A DNA stretch of 64,000 bases from Schizochytrium sp. TIO01 (lineage: Eukaryota > Protista > Bigyra: Labyrinthulomycetes): contig SMSO01000033.1 in assembly GCA_004764695.1 (NCBI GenBank), forward strand, positions 1,302,001-1,366,000, given 5' to 3'. The notes under the pieces are model-generated. The model was not told the origin of the DNA. It worked only from the letters and a program-made list of their open reading frames with translations, and searched no databases. The position numbers and the translations under genes were made by a program. Below are positions 1 to 13,601 of this stretch, piece by piece; position 1 is the stretch's first letter; the number at the start of each line of letters is the position of its first letter.

Positions 1-2400
1 AAGAGCCCTGTCTACTTACTTACTATGAAGGAAGGAGAGAAAGAATCGCAAGACGATGTTTTGAGATTACTTTTCCATGCAGGTAAGTAACATAACAATT
101 CAAGATATAACAAAATACGATAAAATAAAATATATAATAAATAAGTACAAAGAATGACTGCCTACCCAACCCAGTGAAGTAAAGCCTTAAAGCGGAGGAG
201 AACTCGATGCTCAAAATAAAACAAAGCATCGCATACGTGTTGCATTCACTGTCAGACGCCACGAATAAGGGTCTGAACGTTATGGAATCAGCTCAAGGAC
301 AGAGGCATAGAACGGAAGTTGGTGCTATTGAGCGAGGGATGGCTCATTCACCTAACGATCCAGGCAGAACAGGTTAAAAAGAAAACAGGGGAAAGAACAC
401 CGCGCAGAACAAGAACGTTGAGAGAACAGCAGCCTTGAAGTTTTAAGCGCAGCGTGGAGGAGAATTGATCAGAGTCAAACCAAAAAAAGTAACATAACAT
501 TGTTGGACTTGGGTCCACACTCAAGCAGCCTTACTAAAGCGGCCCCAAGCATTGCGAGAAGGCTCAAAGCCCTCTTTGAGGAGGACTCCGATTACGTGTA
601 GTGTGTACGTGTGCGATGCGCGCATAGGCTTTCAATACCTTTGTAATCCTGTTATGCAGTTTACGTGAAAAAAACACTAAAAAGCAGAAGACATTTTACA
701 TAAATTCGGGACCCACTGAACAAGAGGCCATCAAAAGAGGAACACGGACAGCAAACACCACTTTGTCCACAGATCTCCGCACTCTAATTCGGCGTTCCAG
801 AGTGCCAGAGTGTCTGTCGGCAGCCTCCTCAGGTTTGGCCTGTTCTTTCAAAGCTTTCATTATTCTTCCCGTTGTTCTGTTCCTTGTCCTCTGCTTCTCC
901 TCCCATTGACGCTCTCATCGGTCCTTCCCTTTCGCCGAAAATCGTTCTGATTTCTTTTACATAAAAAGAAAACACTTAATCCTTCCTTGTTTCCTTGCTT
1001 CCTTGCTTCCTTGCTTCCTTCCTCCGCAGAGTATGTTCTATACTCCAAAGAGAGAAAGAAAGAGAGAGAAAGAGCGCCAGCTCGAGGGGTCTTTCTTAGT
1101 TTCTTCCTCTTTCCCCTTTAAGCTTCGATTTGGTTTCGCTCTTCGACGAGGTATCGTCCGTGTTAAAATCGATGCTGCCTTTTCATAAGCTCACCAAAGC
1201 AGGGCTGCCGAAGAAGAAGACGGAGAAGCAGGAGAAGAGCTAGCTGCGAATGCAAATCCACACATCCCAAAGAGCGCGTTTCTTCAGCTGGAACCGACCC
1301 AAAGAGCTCGAAAACGTTATCTTCTCGGCCTTCTTTCAGGCACCCATCGCTCTGAGTCCTTCTTGTGCAAAATAGTTGTTTATGAGTTTGTTTCTTTACC
1401 CGTTTATCTCATTGGAAAAGGGAAAATCAATCGCTCTCTTTCTTTCTTGTGTTGTTAGGTAGGCAGGTGCCCACGATTCTAGTGGTAATTACTTATACAT
1501 AGGAACATTCGAGCGCAATTGGAACAAAAGGACTTCGCTACAACAGGAAAAGCGCAACAAACAAACAAACGAACAAACAAACAAACAATCAATCAATCAA
1601 TCTAACTAAAAGCATTATCTCGGTAAGTTGCATACGATTGTTGTTGCGAGTGGAGGCGTGTGAGGTTCTTCATAAAGGCGCCTCAGCGCTTCAGGGAACG
1701 AAGAAGGCCTTTCTTGGACGCGGTTTGGAGGACCTTCACTTATTTAATTCGTGTTTTTGTCTATATTTTAATTTTTTTTTTTAAACATAATGTTTATTTT
1801 TATTATACATTTTTTAAAATAAATTTTCACTCAATCTGATCGATGGCCCGTTCCTAAGCAGTTCGTGTTCTTCATTGAAAGAACACCGCTGCTGACTGAT
1901 AGAGCAGCTGAACAGAAGGTGAAAAAGAACAATCCAAATCCACTTCGGACTCAGCGGAAAGAAAGTAAGAAGCAAACCAAACCAAACCAAAGCCATGCAC
2001 AACTCGACTTTCAAAGCCTGGTGGTCTCTCTTTTCATCTCCCGTGGAGCGTACCTACATAGTAAGCCAGTGAGTGAATGCGTTGCACCGCCGCCTGAATA
2101 GCGTGCAGCAGTTGTGATTTAGATAACTGTACTTTCGTTGTTGGCACTTTTATCTCGTCTTCCTCCTTCAGGCGGGGGTCCTAGAGCGCCTCTTAGTCAA
2201 TCTTACCCGCATCCTAGGATAGTCTCCCGCCTCAACATCCATAAGGCGTATTCTTTCCAAGAGGAGTAAACTATCTCTCTCGATCTCTCTCCCCAAAGAT
2301 CAACTAGCTGACCGTATTAGAATCAGAGAGCAGAAGTATTTCCCAAACTAATAGGCGACAGCAGTAGGTATTATGTGTAAAACCTACCGACCGACTGAAT

Positions 2401-2440
2401 GACTGACTGACTGACTGACTGACTGACTGACTGACTGACT
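2401..2440. repeat. (GACT)10 microsatellite
   Basis: Direct read. Confidence 0.95.
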
Positions 2441-5400
2441 GAGGTCTCTAAGCATTCCCTCCATAATTTTAGCTTGGGTTCTTAGGCAGACGGCCTCAAA
2501 GACAGACAACGACAAGAGCGCAGACCTCCGAAGCCCACCCACGCTCTCTCCGTGGAGTTGTCGGAAACCCCTTATGCCCTTGCGGATTAAAACGCGGTGC
2601 TTCTGAAGCCTCCAGGGCGTCCTCCAGCCTCGCAGGGACCTGCAGAAAGCAGAAGCGCAACGCGAGGTCGAAACGAGAGGGCATTTCGACTGCTCGTTCT
2701 GCACGTCAACATACCAACGCGAGGATGAGGAATCGATCGATACTTCGAGCACATCAGAACCCGCACTGCTATCCGCGCCTAGAGAGTCCTAACCGGTAGG
2801 AGGTGCTACTGCCATCTACGGAATTATTTAGATCGGCGTACGAAGAGAGGTCATGAGACTCCTAACTCTCTTTAGGCCGTTCCTACGAAGTCGCTGTGAG
2901 CAGCACATGCCCATTCTGGAGATCGACGAGGGGTTTATCATATACATATGATGCAGGTCTGACTCCAAGAAGGGAAATAGCCTGGGCTGCGAAAAGCGTT
3001 TTGCGGCGCCTCCGCCAGCTGCACCACTTATCTGTCTGCAGCACTCTGCCTGCGACAGGAATCGCAAAGTCACGCGGCGGCCACGGCATCCAGGAGAAAG
3101 GAAGGAAGGAGTCGAGGCTCCTGAGGAGAAAGGCGCATGTTCTGTTCTGAGAGTTCTAGTTTAAATGAAAGAAAAGAACGGTAAAGGAGTACGTACCTTC
3201 CTTCCTTCCTTCCTTCCTAGCGCCCCTCAGAAAGGAGGCGGGAAGGAAATCAATAAGCAGAGCGAAAGGGAGCAGCGGAAGCCGAAGACTCTCTCGAGCG
3301 GACTGCCTTCTGGAGCGAAGTGACTGGCGCAGCGGTGTCTCCAGAAGGGCCGTCTTCGATGGGCTTTCGCTGCAACGCCACATGCAGCGAGCGACCCGCT
3401 CTTGTTCTTGGCTGGGCGAGCAGCTCAGATGTCGCTGTTCGTCACGCTGTTCTGTTCCTTTTCAAGTGCGAGGAGTCAGTGAGACTGTCTGTCTGTTCAC
3501 CAAAGGTGAAAGAGCATTCTTTTCTTCTTCATCTTCTGTGAAGGAACGATCGAAGGAACGAACACCTTTGCATGGAATCTCAAGCCTTGCTGGGCCCTCC
3601 TTCCACGGGATCAAGGAACCCTCTCGAGCGCATCCAAAGCGCAGAGAAGCGTACCCGCAGACCTGGAGAAAGCGCGCAGAACAGGCCTCGCAGGGGCGCA
3701 GCATGGGCGCGAGCTCCTCTGGATGCGCCATGCGAAGGAAAGCTGATCTCACTTTAGTAGCTAGTTGTTATTAAGAGCCTTTTTTAAAACTGCAAGTTTT
3801 CCTCATTTGTCATTTTAAATTTATTCTTTTCTTGAATGAAAAGAATCTAAATAACTCACCATCACTGAGTTCTTCTTGCTTATCCAACGAAAAAACGAAA
3901 AAACTCTCTACCTAGTACTCCAACTACTGTGAAAGCCATTAAAACGTTTTCTCCTCCTTTTTCTCTTTTGTTTCTTTTAACTAAGATAGTTGGAAAAGAT
4001 GCTGTTGACGCAGGTGCATGGTGGGCAAGCACTCGTGTGGCGCTACACCTCGCTGCGGGCCACAGTCATATTTGCAAAGTCGTGCTGCGGGTCAACCGCA
4101 GTCCGCCGCATGCATCGTGGAAGTGAAATCCCATCCGTGTGGTCGGAACAGACCTACCAAGTCCTGGTCCCGTGGGGGACGCGCACCCTGCAGTAAATAA
4201 GTTGTCAAGTTAGGGCAAACTGCGAACCCCGCAGTGGGAAAAGAAAAATCGTAAGCCGTGAAAAATTGAGACATGTTGGACATGGAGCAACTGTCCCTGG
4301 CAGTAGCGCATTCAGAGTTTTGTTTGGGTAGGCCTCCACAGTCTCCGTTAAATAGGGAACCCGTAGGTTATACAACAAGAGCAAACTAAGTGTTGTACTA
4401 AAGCATTGGATACTTGATTCTCTCAATCATTTTCGCACGAATCTTAAATCAATCTCTTACTATAACTGTTGAGGAAGAAAATGCCAAGAAATTGCTCGTT
4501 ACCGCTTGAATATGTAAAAGTAGGCTTCTGGAGAAAATTCGACTTTCTGCAACAAGAAAGCACTAGCACATCTTTTGTATCAGTGTTTGCTTGATCCGAA
4601 GAGAAAGACACGGGAGATACTATGATGCGGGTTCCCCTGAACTTGAATTGATTAACCACCTACGCTTTTCTGCCAAGAACCTTGCTTAGGGACACTAATA
4701 GTGTTTACTGATGGTAGGTACCCAGACAGCCACCACTGTCACCATGCTGGTAAGATAGGTAGCATAATGAGTCTTATGCTGTGGGTACCTCGTCTAAAAT
4801 CTCTGCTTTCCTGTCATGATTTTTATGTCTTTCCGTGTCACTGGAGGAAAATTGGAGGAAGAAGAGACTGATGAAAGGTGGAGATTTTTTTTCATCGCAG
4901 AAACATTTCTTTTTCTTTATTCTTTATCCTTTTATTAAATTAACATTTGATTTAAAAAGAGAAAGAAAGAAAAAAACTAATTTAATTTTGAATTGAAAAA
5001 GAAAAGAAATAAAGTACTAGGTACAGAACTTTAATTAAATGCTTCCTTGAAAGTGAGAACTTCAGAAAATGGGATTATTTGCTTTTTTACTTCTTCAAAA
5101 ACTTATTGAAAAGAATACAGTAAGTAAAACTAAACTGGTAGTGTGAGTGGGAGTTTTCTTCACTCAGCGACGTAGTAGCAGCGGCTTTGTTGGAAAAAGG
5201 TAACTTGAGAACTGAATAATGCCAAAATGAAGTTGGTTGTCATAATGAAACAACGGAGCCATTACCTGGAAAAGATGGCAGCCAGCCAGCCACCTACTCG
5301 GCCACGCGATCGATGCACCGCTCTGATGCAGACTCTTGATCCTCACTCACCTCTGCTCTCAGGAGGCCGTCCTCTGCTCCTTGGCAGCGATGCTCTCTCC

Positions 5401-6504
5401 CCATCGCCACGCTTCTCCTCACGCGGTGCGATGCGATGCGATGCGATGCGATGCGAGCGATGATCGATGAAGCAATTAAGTTTCATTTAGTTGCTCACTG
5501 ACTGACTGACCTAATGAAAGCAGTTCCAGCCAGAAAAGAACGCCCTAGGAACGCCAAGATTGATTGATTGTTTGCTCTCTCGAGCGATAAATCGTCGAAG
5601 ACGAAGAAGAGAGTCTTGAAGTGAAGGGAAGGAAGTCAATGAGGTCTGAGCCGACGTCACCAAATGTCCGCGGCCCATTCGAGACAGAGCGAGAGGTGAC
5701 CTCGCGGAGGAAACCTGAAAAGGTTGCACGGATGCAGTCAGCTTTTGCCTTTATCCACGCGAGAAAAGCCAAATTTATCGACTGTGGACACATTGACTGT
5801 GAAGAAGTCTGGTGACTGATTTCTTCCGGAGGACCAGGCAAGAAAACCGCGGAATAATGCAAACTCGCTGAGAGTAACGGGAGCTCAACGATCTGCACGT
5901 TCAGACGGGGCTGGCTGACGGCAAGGACTTTGGAGATTGTGTGCAGCAAAGAAAGAGTTTAGCGAAGAAAGGCGAATTGCGGAATGTATCCTTATCTTTC
6001 ATTACCCGCACGCAGCCGCATTTGAAGGAGCCGCATTTAGGACCGTCTTTAAATCGCCGCTGACAAATTTAGTACCAGTACAGTACTTAATTTTTTTTTG
6101 AAAAAGAAAAAGAAAATCAAAATTAAACAAATTTTCCAAGCTCACTCGGAGACAGTTTGCTCTGCCTAAAAGCAGGCCGAGAGGGCCCGCGGAGACGCTG
6201 GCAAACGTAGAAGGAGAGCCGCTCTTGCTTCGCAGCAGGACGGCTAAAAGGCGTTTATGCACACGCTCAGCGTCTCCTGAAGCAGGCGGGATTTCGCCGT
6301 ACAGTCATTTGATTAGGCTTCGACACCGATGCGGTAAGGGAGTCCTAGCAGCGCCTACCTCCCTCCCTCCCCTTAGCATTTGGCTTCGGATTAATTAAAA
6401 TCTTAGGGCTCGAAAGGAGTTCGTTCGTTAGTTAGTTGATTAGTTCATTAATTAGGTCTGAAATTCTTTGATGGTTTGTTTGTTTGAGATTCTTGAAGTT
6501 GAGC

Positions 6505-6570
6505 GATCGATCGATTGATTGATTGATTGATTGATTTGATTGACAGATTGATTGATTGATTGATTGATTT
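6505..6570. repeat. Imperfect (GATT)n microsatellite
   Basis: Direct read; boundaries approximate. Confidence 0.9.
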
Positions 6571-8449
6571 GTACCACCGCTGCAAAAATGCAGTGTCCGT
6601 ATGGATCGTCAGAAAACTCCAAAGCCGTCGCGGTCTTCTTCGCAGATCCGGCTCCCCGCGAAGAGCACGGAGGCACTGGCGCCTTCTTTCTCCGTGCGCT
6701 CGAATACTAGCTAGCGAGCTGGCTAGGAGCCTGCAGCGAATTGATAAGCTCTGCTTGCTTGAAGACTCCTTTTCTTGGAGTTGTGGAGAAGATGGCCGAT
6801 TGATTGATTGCTGATGGAGCGACAAACTGATCGATTGATTGACTGACGATTGGTTGGTTGATTCATTGATTTGATGCATTGATGCTCTGACTGATAAAAT
6901 CAGTCTATTTGGTCGAGTTTGGTGAAACTTGAGAATTTGAGAGTTGGAAGAAAGGCGAGGAATGATGAAGTAAATTAATCAAATTTTAAGAACAGAATGA
7001 AAGAACAGAATGAATGAATGAATGAACGAATGCGAAATGGCGTGGACTTCGAACCCGCGAGAAGGTATCGCAAGCTCAAAGCGCCGCCGTTGTGGCAGGC
7101 GGTGTATTGCGTCGTTCCCACGCTTTTCCCGTGGGGACCAGGGCCATGGTGCCGGTGACTAGGGCAGCCGAGGCCACCTTGGCGTGGCTTGAGGTGATTT
7201 TGATGGATGCCGAGCAGAGATTTGAAATAGAGATTTGAAAAGTATCATCACACTTTTTACTCTTTCAGAGAGTTTTTTGAGAATAAAATAGAAACAAAAT
7301 GGAAAACAAATGTTTGCCTTTCCCTTTCTGGCAATTTTTAAAATTTCTTTGCATGTGCATTCATTCATTCCTTCACTCACGCACTCACTCACTCACTCAC
7401 TCATTCGAGCGCGCAAAATTGCGCGACTATCACGCGCATGAGACACAGAGAGCGCGGGTAATGCTATGGCGAAAACGCTGTAAACCTTGCGAAAGATCGG
7501 CGCTGCAGGCTTCGCTGGTGTTTACAGACAGGTCGGCGTATATCCTTTATCAGTTGCAGATGATGATGATGACGACTTCTTTTCTTCCTGTTTGCAATTT
7601 ATTTCCCTTTTCATTTCCTTTTGTAAGTCTGGGAAATCATTTTATTATTATGATGATTAATTTTTTTTTCTTTTAAATTTTAAAAAAAGGGGTTTGGGCG
7701 GTATGTAAAGAATAGATTAATTGACCGATTGAATCACTCACTCATCTGTCGATCATTTCCATCCATCGATCGCTGTGTTCGACGATGGACAAAAGAAACC
7801 AATCGAGGCGCTTCTGCGTGGAAAGACCCTTGAAGCTCGAGGCAAGCGTACGAGAAGACCTCGAAAATGCCCTGAGACTCAAGGTTGCAAAGGGCCTCTG
7901 CAACGCAACCTACGGCGACCGTCGGATTACTCGTAAGCGCGAAAGAAAGCAGTCAGCCATCACCAGTTTCATTGCAAAGGTCGAAATTCGAATTCAAATT
8001 TCTCAAGCGTGATTCAAATCGTTCTTTCCGAGTTCAATCCTGATCGCTTGCGCAGGTAAATCCTCAAAGCCTGTGCCGGCAGAACCTGAACTCCAGATTC
8101 AATCAACCCGCGCCGACGAAGCCTCGGAATTCCTCGATGCGTCCGTGGCTACCCTGAGGAGCGACAAAATACACCTAAAGCCATGATTCTGTGAAAGGCG
8201 ACGCCGAAGCATTTCAACAACAATAACGGCGAAGCTCTCTCTCCCCGTGCCCGCTTCGCTGCACTCACATCTGTGACGGCGAAGAGGTTAGCGAATGATG
8301 ACGGGAATTGTCATTTTGTGTCCCCATCCAAAGCAAAGGCCGCTGGTCCTTTGATTGATCTTCTCGTGGCGTTTCCTAAGCATCTCACCGGCACTCCCAG
8401 TCTTAGCGAACTGAGGACACAGATGAACGAAGACTCTTGAGGGCTCCAG

Positions 8450-8488
8450 GCGTGCTCTTGATTCCATCTCAGTTTCTTCAAGCAAGCC
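8450..8488. repeat. 39-nt dispersed element, copy A
   Basis: GCGTGCTCTTGATTCCATCTCAGTTTCTTCAAGCAAGCC; 36/39 identical to 63696-63734. Confidence 0.85.
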
Positions 8489-8499
8489 TGCAAGCCTAT

Positions 8500-8500
<1 letters not shown>

Positions 8501-8542
<42 letters not shown>
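8501..8542. repeat. (TGCC)n microsatellite (~10 units)
   Basis: Direct read. Confidence 0.95.
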
Positions 8543-9909
8543 CATTTGTTGGTTTGCTGTTGGCTGTTCTGTTGGCTGTTGGCTGTGCTTTTGCTTTGCT
8601 TGCTTTGCTTGCTTGGTGCGCCTTGGATTCAATTTGTAGTGGGTAACTGAGCTACACACTACTACACCGCTGCCGCAAGCTTGAGTCAGTGAGTTGAAGT
8701 TCGTGGGAATGCAGAAACGTTTTGGGCTTTGGGAAAGAGTGTCTTCGTGCCGACCACAATCTACAACAGCCGAGGCAGCGAGCTCACTCACAACGAGCGC
8801 CACAGCCGGAGACCCTGCCGTCCGTCTGCCCTTCAGCGGGCGGGTCCTTGATATTCTATTCTGTCTCTGTCTCTTTTGGACTCTCCTCGGTGAAAAGCTT
8901 TCGGTGGAGCGCAGAGGAACCCTCGAACGAGGGACAGGCTGTAGCCTGCTGCGGAACAAGTTGCCGCGGGTATAGCCTATGTGAGAAACAGCATCTCACG
9001 CAATTCTCCACGCTCACGAATGAATGAATGATCAATCAATGAGCCAATTTCCAACTTTCTTCGTGCTTTGAATCGTAGAACAAACGAGAGTGGCAAAGAA
9101 CAGAAGGAACGAAAGAACGAGATAAGCAAAAAAAGAGGAGGTGAAGGAGAAGAAAGAAAGAAGTCTGCGGGGCTTGTAACTGGTGACTCAGCGGCCCCTG
9201 GAACGAGGAGAGGACTCGGCGGCGGGCCTCCTGAAAGCGAGCAGCGTGGACTATCTATCAATCAATCAATCAATCTATCTATCTATCTATCTATCTATCG
9301 TCGGCGTCTCCGCCACGAACGCAGGCCGTCTCGATGAAGAGATAGCCGTCGGAATCCGGGCCTCTTCTATTTCTTTCTTCAACGATTCGTGAAAGAGTCG
9401 TATCAATTCACAACAAACCTTTATGACCAAACAGCAGCAAATCAAGAAACAAAGACTTCTAAATCTGGAACGGAACACCAGAACACCGGAACACAGTAGC
9501 GAGTGCCAGTGAGAAGGACGATGGATATACATGAGGAAGATGGGCTACGGATTAGCTATCGCCAGTAACAGTGCATAGCAACACAAATCCTCATAGCAAG
9601 AATCAATCTCTCACCCAATTCAACATTACAAAAGCTGAAGAACCACCAGGTGGAGTGAGTTCTTTTGGAGATAGCGAATGCAGGATTAGAAAAAGAGGAT
9701 ACAGGCCCACGCATGCCTCGGGAAGGGCGAAGGAGCACGGGCAGGCAGACAGTATCGTTGGGAATCCTTGCGATTAACGAAACCCTCTTTCGCACGAGCC
9801 AGCGAAGGAGCTCGTGGCGGGCGGTGGGGACAGAAGGTGCTCCATTCGAAACCATCCAACACAAGAAACAAAGAAACGAAGGTGGAAAAAGAAGAAAAAA
9901 AGAAGAGAG

Positions 9910-9941
<32 letters not shown>
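9910..9941. repeat. Poly(A) tract, 32 nt, in a purine-rich run
   Basis: Direct read. Confidence 0.95.
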
Positions 9942-9943
<2 letters not shown>

Positions 9944-12932
9944 TAAGAAGAAAGACTTCTGTTTCAAACGAAGGAGACCCATCAGAAAAGAACGCCCTTC
10001 CGAGCTGCTTCAATCTTAGCCAAAGAGCAACCGCAAGATACAAGGACTCCGGCCTGTATTTCTTCAAGGCATCCAAAGACAGGAAACCTCCTCGCCCACA
10101 ACGAGAACGTGGCTGAAGTCTGAAGAACGAGCACCTTGGCGTGAATAGAAAGAAAGAAAGAAGGAAAGAAAGAAAGAAAGAAAGAAAGAACGCCTCTCGC
10201 ATGTACTAAGTAGATACCCTAGCAGCTACCTGCTTGTAGTAAGGCAGGTAGTAGGGAGAACCAACCTGAAGTCGCAAAACTTCCAGTTGACTTTCCTGCT
10301 TCTTCTTATGGCTTCTTGTGGCGCCACTTTTTCCCACTACTTCAGTCAGAAAGTAGAGCGAGCTAGTCCCAAGGTATGGTACCGACTATGTTTTAAACCT
10401 GAGGTTTTCAGCTCCTGAGGTCAATTCAACGAACCAAGCCGTTCAATGAATTGTGGCTGCCTGCGTCTAGCTCTCGAAAGCACATTCACTCTCATTCACC
10501 TTCACCTCCGCCGCGTGAGAAGTAGAAGCAGGCTCAGCACGCACGGCACGCTGGAGCAGCGCGACCGCCGTAAACAGCAGCGCGGCGTGGACTGAGCTTG
10601 ATGGAGATAGTGCTAGCTAGCTATCGGTTCCTCGCCTCCTCACTGTGTATGAACTGATTCAGGCTTATCTGTTGTCAAAGCAGTTGTCAAAACAGGTGAG
10701 GCAAACAAAGACTAACGAAGCAAACAAGCAAACAAGCAAACAAGCAAACAAGCAAACAGAAAGAAGAAGTAGAGCGAGCAAAATGCTTGCTGGTTTGCCT
10801 GCCTGAGATTGAACGATGTGACGGAAATAAAGAAGGAGATCGCAAAATGAAACGAAACGAGATAGAAACACACCGATTTCATCTCATGAACGTAGCTTTC
10901 ATTGCATTAGTGCAGAACCTTTCAGGCCTTACACCATGATTTATGTCTGTTTCTTTTAATTTAGATAGTCTGTTCTTCCTCTACTACTTCTAACTTTTAA
11001 TTTAAAAGAGGTGCAGGTACTACAAAAGAGAGTGAATTCGTTGATGGCCTTGTTCTTGGCTGTTGTGTGGCAGCTGAGTGTGGCTAATAAAGTGCTCTTG
11101 GGTGATTGTAATTGAAGGTTGTTTGAACGAAAGAGACCATTCGGCCGTGACATCCCTCGTTCGAAAGCCAAGTGGTTCTCAGAATGCGAAGCTACTCATT
11201 CATAGAGGGGAACGGGGAGGTTTCATCTGCTCTGCTGCTGCGAGGCGGTAAACGTGTACTTAAAGTTATTGAGTCTCCTTTCTGTCACTTTTTAAATATT
11301 ATTATTTGTTTATTTTGATTTGTAAAAACAAAACTTGAAATCTACGGAGTCAATAAATACATCTGGCGAACCGCCGCCGGTAAAGCAAGAGGCCACAACT
11401 CAGACTCAGAGTTCTCCCAGAGAGTACAGAGGGAAGCCAAAGCTCTGAATGATAAGCTACTCTGCGCCGGTCGCAATATGGTCTTCTGCGGCCATAGGTT
11501 GTTAAAAAAGGACAAATTTGGCGTAGGGGGCATTCAATCCGAAGAACGAAACATGTTTTAAAAAATCAACTTTCACAGCCTGTTTCCATTTTTTAAGAAT
11601 ATTTTATTAAAATAAAAAAGAGTGAGGCATTGAGAGGATTGGTTTTAAAACGTTCTGGAGGAATCAAACCTAAACTCAAAATATATTGTTTTATTTTATT
11701 CTTAATCAAGCGAAGAGAAATTAATTCAAGATGTCCAATGGAACGAATTCTTTCAGTGATCCAACAAAAAAAAACTGAGGCAGACAAATAGAAATTGTGG
11801 CGGGCCGAAACAAGATGAAGCTTGGGACGTCAAAGAGATGTTGCCCATCAAGAACCAACGAGGCCAAGCTATGATCTCAGCTCCTAGGCCACCAGATTTG
11901 AGCAACTCACAAAGTATTATTAATTTGTATAAAAAATGAATGAATTACCCGTGACATCAATTTCATTTCTTTTTTTAAACATTCTTTCAAATCACTCACA
12001 GTATAGTTTGAATTTCTCTTCTTTTAAACCTTTAAAAAAACAAATTGGAGGAAAACTTTTCACAAAGATTATCGAAAACTGCCCCTTGATCATCTGGCGT
12101 TTGCGCCGCAACTGTCATGGAGGGACGCCAGAAGAGAGGTCTGTGCACCTTCAAATAAGTGGGGCGTTGCGGAACTTGCCTCGAATTCTTCGCTTTTCGA
12201 AAATGTCTGCGAAATCTCCTTCGCATTGTGAACCTCATAGCATATTAATTCATCTGCTGACTTCTTCCTTATTTTATCCTTTCAATTAATTTTAAATATA
12301 TCTTTCTAAAGTAACAAAACTGAACAAATAGAAGAAAACATTATTGTATTATTTAAAAGTTAAAAAAGAATGATTTTCGGATTTCAGGTCTCCAAAGCTC
12401 GCTCCCTTCCCGTTGCTCTAGTGCATGCTCTATGATAACCACTAATCAATTTTATCATTTCAAGCATGCAAAACAACATAGCGGAGACAAGTCCGAGGGG
12501 ATCCATCCTACTTAGACTTTCCAGGGGCGAAAGAAGCTTTGTCTTGAGTTTTTCGTGTTACCTCTACTTTTAAAAACATTATTTTCAAATTCACCAACCA
12601 AGAAGTTAATTTCCAAAAAACGAAAACTATAAAACTTTTTCTTTTCTTTTCTTTTCTTTCTTTAATGAAGAAAGTACGCAGTGATGAGGAAAAGTGAGGT
12701 AAAGAGTGTTTTCAACTCCGAAACCAAACTAACAGAAACTGCCGTAGTACCATCTATGAAATTCAAAAGTAATTTAACAACTAGAAATTTAAATTTAAAA
12801 ACAAAAAGGGCACTGAAAGAGAGGAAGGCCAAACCAAAAAGAGCAAACCAAATCAAAGCAAACCAGAGCAAACCCGAAACGCAGCCAAGGCAGCGCAAGA
12901 AGAGATCGAAGCGTGCCATCGAGCAGACAAGC

Positions 12933-13601
12933 ATGTTGCAGAGCGTACACGAAGCCGCAGCGGCGATGCTGGCGGTCAGCGAGTCGAAGCCCAGGATGGC
13001 GGAGAAGAGACCCGCACCCGAGCAGCCGGAAGAGTCTCTTGAAAAAGAGGCTCGCCGTCGCTGCCGACGCGTGCATTTTGCGGAGAATGAACCCCGCGTG
13101 GTGAACTTTGAACTCAGTCTGGAGGAGCGCCGCTTGAAGAAAGACGCTGTGTTGCGAATTCGTTTCAACGCACAGCTCAGACGCAACGAAGCTCGCGAGG
13201 AACGCGCAGCAGCAGAAGCACAAGCTCTTATGAAGCGCCGTATGCGAGACTTGGTCGTTGTCAATGGCTCTGCGCATGGCACCAAGTACTCTAAATATGG
13301 CAACGCCTTCAACCACGAAGAAGCAGACGAGGAGGAGGACGATCAAGAGGCAGAAGCCCAGGATCAAGAAGCTGTCGATGACGAGGACGATACGGACACA
13401 GATGAGGAGGTTTCTTCACAGGAAGACGAGGATGATGTCGCTTCAATGATGCTCGCTAAAAAGTCTTCTCAGCAGCAGCAATTCGCACATAGGAGATCTA
13501 TCATGCCTGCACATTGGATGCGCCGCCGCCGCTTTCAACGCGACTTCCAGCGCTGGAGCGCAGTCACGCGGCCCAACCCCATCGCGTCCTGCTCTGTTTG
13601 A
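12933..13601 (+). CDS. Uncharacterised ~222-aa protein with RVxF (PP1-docking) motif, coiled segment and acidic tract
   Basis: GC-rich, codon-biased part of ORF 12681-13601. The first ATG after the AT-rich leader is at 12933 (MLQSVHEAAAAM). Contains RRCRRVHF, a helical ELSLEERRLKK...AQALMKRRM segment and a D/E tract. The upstream in-frame part is AT-rich and probably UTR. Confidence 0.75.
   Translation: MLQSVHEAAAAMLAVSESKPRMAEKRPAPEQPEESLEKEARRRCRRVHFAENEPRVVNFELSLEERRLKKDAVLRIRFNAQLRRNEAREERAAAEAQALMKRRMRDLVVVNGSAHGTKYSKYGNAFNHEEADEEEDDQEAEAQDQEAVDDEDDTDTDEEVSSQEDEDDVASMMLAKKSSQQQQFAHRRSIMPAHWMRRRRFQRDFQRWSAVTRPNPIASCSV

Noticed and set aside
8288-8959. 223-aa minus-strand ORF as a full gene
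   Set aside because: It crosses several microsatellites (QAGRQAGR), has no upstream ATG start and no domain. Only its MESRARL segment is kept as a finding.
9910-9941. Poly(A) as a retroposon tail
   Set aside because: It is embedded in a longer purine-rich slippage tract, with no target-site duplication or upstream element body seen.
12662-13367. 216-aa and 190-aa minus-strand ORFs
   Set aside because: Shadows of the plus-strand 12933-13601 CDS.
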